Source of the DNA: an uncultured virus (IMG/VR IMGVR_UViG_2100351003_000006) | Taxonomy: Duplodnaviria; Heunggongvirae; Uroviricota; Caudoviricetes | Reading direction: 5' to 3' (one strand) | Virus record (IMG/VR): IMGVR_UViG_2100351003_000006 | DNA length: 6,146 nucleotides | Part shown: one piece after another, positions 5,215-6,146 of the stretch | How positions within the stretch are numbered: the first letter of the stretch is position 1 | How the letters are laid out: every line of letters begins with the position of its first letter | Made by a program: the position numbers and the translations under genes | The notes under the pieces: generated by a model | The model's database searches: none | What the model was told of the DNA's origin: nothing | What the model saw: the letters and a program-made list of their open reading frames with translations, nothing else

Positions 5215-6146
5215 GCGAGCACGCGCACTCGGTCCAGGTCACCGCTGGGAATTCGCAGCTTGCCGACCTGAAGAGGTCCTGGGTCACCGCAGTGTTCAGT
5301 GTCGAGGATGGCATTGGCCCCATGGAATCGCTGCATCAGGCCGGAGACTCGATCATTGCCGTAGCGACAATGACGGATCAAGGGATCAAAGTCATCGGCA
5401 GTGGCGTGATGATCGGCCCCGGACTGATGCTGACAGCAAGCCATGTCCTCGATGAGTTTCCGCAGGAGGGCACGGGCCCCGTCTGCTTGACATTCCTTCC
5501 GGGGGCAACTCGCGCGTGGCTGCCATGCGGAAGGACGACGTTGACTGGTGCCAGCTCATTTGCTCCCAACCGTCGCAAAGTGTCCGACCTGACATTGATG
5601 AGCTGCAGTCTTAACTCCGAGGCCCACGAAGAATTTCCTATTGTTCTGGCGCCAATTCAACTGGCACTGCCATTGATCGGCGAACGGCTGTGGGCCTTCG
5701 GGTACCGCCATGGCGACATTCTGGACGGCGCAGCCTTGCTTACGCCACTGGTCACCTCCGGCGTCGTGACCGGCTGCTATCCGCAGGGCCGTGGTGAGCG
5801 CATGCCATCCACCTGCATCGAAGTTGAAATGGATACCATGGGCGGCATGAGCGGCGGACCCGTCGTTAACGATGATGGCTGGCTTGTGGGCATCGTTTCG
5901 TCGTCGTTCGAAGGCGGACCAACCTACGTCACGCTCGTCTGGGATGCAATTCGCATCTCGGTCGGAGAGGCTCCGAAGAACCTATGGCCAGGCGGCGCGG
6001 CGGATCTCATGATCGGACGAGACTTGGGCCTTGTAAAGCTCAAGGGCGCCGTAACGCGGGACGCAGAAGGCAACGTGACGCTCACCATGTCGGATCCGGA
6101 GATGGAGCAACTGGCGACGTTCAGTGATCCGATACACATTACCTGA
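5211..6146 (+). CDS. Trypsin-like (S1 / Trypsin_2) serine protease, stand-alone, likely cytoplasmic
   Basis: 311 aa. GSGVMI, His motif LTASHV (His 5442-5444), Asp motif SDLTLM (Asp 5586-5588) and Ser motif GMSGGPV...LVGIVS (Ser 5850-5852). No hydrophobic signal peptide is visible. ATGA overlap with the lmuB stop. Confidence 0.9.
   Translation: MSEHAHSVQVTAGNSQLADLKRSWVTAVFSVEDGIGPMESLHQAGDSIIAVATMTDQGIKVIGSGVMIGPGLMLTASHVLDEFPQEGTGPVCLTFLPGATRAWLPCGRTTLTGASSFAPNRRKVSDLTLMSCSLNSEAHEEFPIVLAPIQLALPLIGERLWAFGYRHGDILDGAALLTPLVTSGVVTGCYPQGRGERMPSTCIEVEMDTMGGMSGGPVVNDDGWLVGIVSSSFEGGPTYVTLVWDAIRISVGEAPKNLWPGGAADLMIGRDLGLVKLKGAVTRDAEGNVTLTMSDPEMEQLATFSDPIHIT

Larger units (their letters stand above)
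1848..6146 (+). other. Four-gene operon: Lamassu (lmuA-lmuC-lmuB) plus trypsin-like protease
   Basis: All genes are co-directional and all three junctions overlap (2837-2849, 3349-3352, 5211-5214). Confidence 0.75.

Noticed and set aside
2340..6139. Many short alternative-frame and antisense ORFs inside the operon
   Set aside because: Expected shadow ORFs in GC-rich coding DNA, each nested in genes with clear family motifs.
1..6146. CRISPR array, tRNA or rRNA
   Set aside because: No regularly spaced direct repeats or recognisable tRNA/rRNA sequence seen by eye.

Overview
The window has three parts. (1) 1-546, minus strand: the left end of an IS110-family element, not shown in the ORF track. 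It holds the first 32 codons of the DEDD recombinase (MTPEPNPEFAAFIGIDWADAKHDICLQAAGSR) and a ~450-nt structured non-coding end. That end contains a readable bridge-RNA-like architecture: two parallel internal loops, one guide of each matching the element/flank junction at 539-554, implying a CA core at 545-546. (2) 547-1847: an AT-richer spacer, a LexA (SOS) box at 979-994 before a ~100-aa hypothetical gene, and a cluster of imperfect palindromes. (3) 1848-6146, plus strand: four overlapping genes. The first three form a Lamassu / ABC-three-component defence system (Mrr-like nuclease LmuA, middle component LmuC, SMC/Rad50-like ATPase LmuB). The fourth is a stand-alone trypsin-like serine protease joined to lmuB by an ATGA overlap, which is atypical for a nuclease-type Lamassu. 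The SOS box type suggests a beta- or gammaproteobacterial host (inference). All family calls come from motif recognition by eye; no searches were run.
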